Shown: piece after piece, positions 60,020 to 64,000 of the stretch
Numbering within the stretch: position 1 is the stretch's first letter
Layout of the letters: the number at the start of each line of letters is the position of its first letter
UHGV virus genome: UHGV-0171787
Direction: 5' to 3' (one strand)
DNA length: 64,000 bases
DNA from: a virus
Translations under genes and position numbers: made by a program
Notes under the pieces: model-generated
Told to the model about the DNA's origin: nothing
Database searches by the model: none
The model's input: only the letters and a program-made list of their open reading frames with translations

Positions 60020-60316
60020 TTACTTATCAGCTTCAATCTCTTGATGCTTAGCAATAGCTACTCGCAAGTCTTCATTAGCACGAGCAAGGCGTAAGACTTC
60101 GTGGTTGAGATTCTGAAGACGGTTGTTTCTGTCTTCAACTTGCATAACAAGATCATTAAGAGTTACTTTAACTTTCTCGCTATACATTTCATCTACTTGA
60201 ATCAGAGATTTATACTTTCTCTCCCAGCTTGCTGCTTTGTTTCTAAGAATAATAAATCCTATAACACTGATAGTTAAACAGCTTACAAAAAGGAATTTAT
60301 ATACTTCTAAAGTCAT
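60020..60316 (-). CDS. Hypothetical protein with N-terminal TM and coiled coil
   Basis: 98 aa; hydrophobic N-terminus then charged helix. Confidence 0.45.
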   Translation of the reverse strand: MTLEVYKFLFVSCLTISVIGFIILRNKAASWERKYKSLIQVDEMYSEKVKVTLNDLVMQVEDRNNRLQNLNHEVLRLARANEDLRVAIAKHQEIEADK

Positions 60317-60515
60317 ATTATTTACCCTTTATCAGAGATTAAAAGTAATATTATTTAAGTAAGTTATATTTAGTAAACTTATTTTCTAAGAAATTTTCAA
60401 AGGGTCTATATACAGAGCATTACTCATAGTCCCAGAATACTACCATCTTTTTCAATAAATTTACTAAGTGGTTGGTTTATAAAGGAATTTAGTTTGTCAA
60501 ATCTGGCACTAGTGA

Positions 60516-60905
60516 TTATTCCCTAGAGCTATTATCGAATACTAAATCACCACAATACATAGGATTGGCATACCATTTTGGCACCCCTTCGCTCTTACTC
60601 TGAAAGTAAGTCCCACTGTACAGCGGAACATAATTCTTCTTAAGGGCACGTTTAGCTAGCTGCTCACTTTCTCCAATGGCTTGCTTAGTCATCGGATTTT
60701 TATCACGAATCAGCTTCACATAACGTTTATAAGGTTTCTCCTGTTTTAATAGTACCGGAATCCACTCAAACTGGTTCTTTTGTCTTATCACCTGTTCAGC
60801 GGTCAGTTTTCGTTGAGCCATTCTATTTATTACGGTATCCGCAACCATAGCTTTACATGCGGTTGGCTGATTCCCTGCCTCATAATAAATAGTCAATGTC
60901 AACAT
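60516..60905 (-). CDS. Cell-wall hydrolase-like protein (SleB / Hydrolase_2-like)
   Basis: 129 aa; YYEAGNQPTACKAMVADTVINRM resembles the N-terminal motif of the SleB-type hydrolase family. Confidence 0.45.
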   Translation of the reverse strand: MLTLTIYYEAGNQPTACKAMVADTVINRMAQRKLTAEQVIRQKNQFEWIPVLLKQEKPYKRYVKLIRDKNPMTKQAIGESEQLAKRALKKNYVPLYSGTYFQSKSEGVPKWYANPMYCGDLVFDNSSRE

Positions 60906-60979
60906 TAGCTGGGCCGTTGTTATCAGAACTTGCTACCTCCTTTGTTTATAGGCCCCCAATTGTGGGGGCCTTCAGTCTG

Positions 60980-61390
60980 TCATTCAATAACTTTGTAAGA
61001 TATTACGTCGCCACCGTTTTTGTGTATGTTCCAGTTCACATCTTCGGACTTTATGACCTCTTTTCCGCCATCCCGATATATAACACTAACAATTTTACCG
61101 GTGGCTGGGTTTTCTCCGCCTCCCCAATAGCTCCACCATTTAGAGGACTCTTCATTTTCATCGGTTGTGACAGACTCTATTGCTTTGTATTTTCCGACTG
61201 TGGACCCTGAAGAGTTCATAGCGTAGACTACGCTATACACTAAAGCGTCGCCTACTTCCTTTAAGTGTAAAGTGAACGGTCCATCAGAATCAACCGCATC
61301 TATTTTATTGCTTTTAGCGTGGTAGGAGAAAGTTTTAACCTCATATAGAGATTCTGACCCATCGTTACGCATAGCTTTTAATGTAAACAT
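60980..61390 (-). CDS. Hypothetical protein
   Basis: Track ORF trimmed to the internal ATG at 61390 with AAGGAG SD 7 nt upstream (MFTLKAMRNDGS...). Confidence 0.45.
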   Translation of the reverse strand: MFTLKAMRNDGSESLYEVKTFSYHAKSNKIDAVDSDGPFTLHLKEVGDALVYSVVYAMNSSGSTVGKYKAIESVTTDENEESSKWWSYWGGGENPATGKIVSVIYRDGGKEVIKSEDVNWNIHKNGGDVISYKVIE

Positions 61391-61629
61391 ATTATTCTCC
61401 TTCTTCGTAGTTAAGAAATAATCTCGTTTTACAGGCATAAAAAAGCCCCAGCCGTAGCCGGGGCAAACCTGAAAGCAACACATGACCGTTGCTATAAATA
61501 CACTCGCAAATGCACTTACAGCAACGCAAAAAGCCGCTCAAAGGCGGCTATGCGGAAGCTTCAAATGGGGAGAGGGCACGACGCTACAGAAAGAGCGTCA
61601 CAGTACTAAAAGAGGGGGCTATATTCCTA

Positions 61630-62073
61630 CTACTTAACCCTTGCTTCTTTGATGGGGTCGATGTATTTCTCAACTCCCCACTTGTGTTTACTATCTGCGT
61701 AGAATACATCAGGTGCACACTGGCTAGTCTTAGGAAAAGCCTGCGGGTCTTTCGTGCTACCCTTAAACTTCTGTTTACCACGGGTGCGACCATTACAGAA
61801 GATTTCTAACTTCTTCTCCTCTTCTGTTTTAGCTCCCCCGCTCTGTAATAAAGAGCGTTTATGATCGGCTAACAATAACGCATCAGCACGATGGACACGA
61901 TGGCCTACACGTTTTGTCACACTGGAAGGAACATGGGATTCAGCCTCAACCTTTGCAGCACGACGTTTTAAACTACGCTTACTAACGTGATTGGTTGCCT
62001 TTGGTTTCTCTTTCTCCAGTTCAGAGATAGAAAAACAACGACCGCCCTTCATGCTGATTTTAGATTTAGCCAC
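61630..62073 (-). CDS. Basic hypothetical protein
   Basis: ORF track, 147 aa, Lys/Arg-rich. Confidence 0.4.
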   Translation of the reverse strand: MAKSKISMKGGRCFSISELEKEKPKATNHVSKRSLKRRAAKVEAESHVPSSVTKRVGHRVHRADALLLADHKRSLLQSGGAKTEEEKKLEIFCNGRTRGKQKFKGSTKDPQAFPKTSQCAPDVFYADSKHKWGVEKYIDPIKEARVK

Positions 62074-62142
62074 AATCTTATTCCTTTTAGTGATAAGTTA
62101 TATCGGGCAAGCCCATCAAGGCGATAGGCTTGAACAAACAAC

Positions 62143-62349
62143 TTAATTAAGTAAACCGAACGACTTCCAACTACGTGTTAAAACTGTACCATCATCCATC
62201 TTAACGGACATATTGAGAAATTTCTTTCCTTGTGTACTAATCGTTGCAACTACTCCCGTCATTGCCTTACCTTTATTTAAGTATCGGTATGAAACACGAC
62301 GCCCAAGAAGGGCTATAGGAGTCTTACTAAAAGGTTTAATATTAATCAT
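62143..62349 (-). CDS. Hypothetical protein
   Basis: ORF track, 68 aa; 4-nt overlap with the upstream ORF. Confidence 0.4.
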   Translation of the reverse strand: MINIKPFSKTPIALLGRRVSYRYLNKGKAMTGVVATISTQGKKFLNMSVKMDDGTVLTRSWKSFGLLN

Positions 62350-62570
62350 GCTGCTTGATACCTTTTCATATATTCGATGCGGTGGGAATGTGTGTATGAC
62401 GCTTTAATTGCCATTGCTCTGACTTCTTCTAAGCGTTGGTTTTCGTAAACCTTCTTTGCTTCTTCATGGTTATGTCGTTTCTGGAGAATCTTACTACATT
62501 TACGATGGTTTCCCGTGCTGCGATGTTTCTCACAAATAGGACACTTACCAAAGCCTTCACTAATGATCAT
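62346..62570 (-). CDS. Small zinc-finger-like protein
   Basis: 74 aa; CPICEKH ... HRKC motif. Confidence 0.4.
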   Translation of the reverse strand: MIISEGFGKCPICEKHRSTGNHRKCSKILQKRHNHEEAKKVYENQRLEEVRAMAIKASYTHSHRIEYMKRYQAA

Positions 62571-62830
62571 TTTCTCAATCCTACCTTACGTAGTACACGG
62601 CCTAACGTTGTTTCTTGCGTGATGGTATAACTAATCGCTTCACGTTCTAACGTCTCAATCTTCATTGGCGACGGATACCATTCACCGGTAAGCATACATT
62701 TATATTCAATGCCATACTTCTTAGATAGGCGGTAATGTTGACCGTTTCGAAGGTTTCTGTAGATCGTGGTATGTGTAGTTAACATAGTCATCACCTTTGA
62801 TTGGATTCTTTGATTAATGCACTGAATCAA
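62567..62830 (-). CDS. Hypothetical protein
   Basis: ORF track, 87 aa. Confidence 0.4.
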   Translation of the reverse strand: MIQCINQRIQSKVMTMLTTHTTIYRNLRNGQHYRLSKKYGIEYKCMLTGEWYPSPMKIETLEREAISYTITQETTLGRVLRKVGLRK

Positions 62831-62840
62831 TGCACTGATA

Positions 62841-62875
62841 AAAGAAAAGGCGCTACCCGTTAAGATAGCGCCTTA
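62841..62875 (-). terminator. Rho-independent terminator (minus strand)
   Basis: aaaagaaaaggcgcta-cccgttaagat-agcgcc; U-run in the minus transcript; follows the stop of gene 62897-63805. Confidence 0.45.
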
Positions 62876-62896
62876 TGTTTATTTAAATTGTCTTAC

Positions 62897-63805
62897 TTAT
62901 GCTGCCTGACGTGCTGCCATAATTTCAGCCGCTTTGCGCAGTACTTCTTCCTCTTCTGCTTTCGCAGCTTGCTCGGTACGAGTAGCAACCGTTGAAGAGA
63001 TACGACCGCGCAGACTTTCTAACTTCTCCTGCATAGCTGCAACAGCCTTTTCCATTTCATCAGCGTATGAATCAAGTGATTCCAATTCCTTGCTTGATGC
63101 GTTCATCAGGTAGTCATCAGAGATTGCTACCGTTGAGGCCGTGACTTTCTTGATGAGTGAATCAAAGGACTTTTTAACTTTGCCGACTTCTTCGCTCAGG
63201 GCAATAGTGTTATCACTAGTTGCGCCGTTGCGCTCATCAGCTAGTAATTTAGCTTCAATACGGATTGCATTCAAGCGTTCAACCAAAGCGTAAATATCTT
63301 GGTTAAAATCTTCCTTGTTTTTCGCCGGGATTTGCAGGTGTGCCGCTACGTTGTCGTTGCAACCTTTGTAGAAGTTAGGATTATCAACTTCAATTTCACG
63401 ACCTAAAGCAAAGTTTTCGAAAGCGTTTGACCAGCGAGCGCGGTTTTGTTCCATTTTGGTCTTAATCTGCGCTTCTTTCGCATCTTCTTTCGCTTTCGCT
63501 TCACCTTCCAGATTAATCCACTTTTTACGACCATTTGCCGCATCGGTGTTAAACTTGATAGGGGTTAAGAAAGTGATTGCGGTAGCAATAACATCCATAT
63601 CGCGGAAGCGTTCAGTTAACAGGAAATCAACCGCCGTCTGTAATACGTCCAGTTTCTTACCGTTGCTGCGGAAGTGCTGCAAATGACCTAACAGGAAGTT
63701 AGAAACATCTTGTTTGATCGCCGCGTTATTGCTACGAATGTTGTTAGCCAGAGCATTAAAACCGGATTCGTTAACCAGAGTAAAGATTTTAGCCATGATA
63801 TTCAC
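62897..63805 (-). CDS. Hypothetical early protein
   Basis: ORF track, 302 aa; first large gene at the start of the minus-strand block. Confidence 0.5.
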   Translation of the reverse strand: MNIMAKIFTLVNESGFNALANNIRSNNAAIKQDVSNFLLGHLQHFRSNGKKLDVLQTAVDFLLTERFRDMDVIATAITFLTPIKFNTDAANGRKKWINLEGEAKAKEDAKEAQIKTKMEQNRARWSNAFENFALGREIEVDNPNFYKGCNDNVAAHLQIPAKNKEDFNQDIYALVERLNAIRIEAKLLADERNGATSDNTIALSEEVGKVKKSFDSLIKKVTASTVAISDDYLMNASSKELESLDSYADEMEKAVAAMQEKLESLRGRISSTVATRTEQAAKAEEEEVLRKAAEIMAARQAA

Positions 63806-64000
63806 CTTTCAATTGTAAGGGCACTTTGCCCCGCTCTCTATGAGCTTGCTTAAGTCACTATTAACTTAACTCTAACCACTCACTATTAAGTAGTTATAGG
63901 TAAGTGGAGCGGTCTTATCAGGAATTAACCTTGCCGCTCCCTTATCCGTGATGTTTCATCTGGTATCTTTAATTAGTCGCTATAAACAAAGCCGACCTGA

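Overview
The window reads as about 64 kb of a lytic, tailed dsDNA phage genome (podovirus-like gene content, roughly 40-45% GC by eye), organised as two convergent transcription blocks that meet at a bidirectional terminator near 28,600-28,650. The plus-strand block (about 385-28,598) is the virion module: small-terminase candidate, large terminase, portal, acidic scaffold, major capsid protein with an Ig-like (Big_2) extension reachable by a -1 frameshift, adaptor, repeat-containing tail fiber, GH24 lysozyme, Big_2-rich tail protein, lytic transglycosylase, Gly/Gln/Asn-rich internal proteins and a 1435-aa ejection-type protein. The minus-strand block (about 63,805 down to 28,885) is the early/replication module: many small translationally coupled genes, three HNH endonucleases, a tRNA-like element, an amidoligase / class-II glutamine amidotransferase / ATP-grasp / GGCT enzyme cluster, a primase-helicase interrupted between helicase motifs, a stand-alone 3'-5' exonuclease far from the PolA polymerase gene, a Pol-beta-type nucleotidyltransferase, dCTP deaminase, Dps-like protein, thioredoxin, ThyX, PhoH, SSB, an overlapped spanin-like pair, a sigma-factor-like protein and a 5'-3' exonuclease. 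No integrase, repressor, CRISPR array or phage RNA polymerase was seen. The organisation resembles phiEco32-like coliphages, but that is from memory and needs a database search. The strongest candidate for an undescribed system is the enzyme cluster at 45.7-55.8 kb, whose largest gene appears to start at an AUU codon. All calls are from reading the sequence and ORF track by eye; no searches or folding were run.
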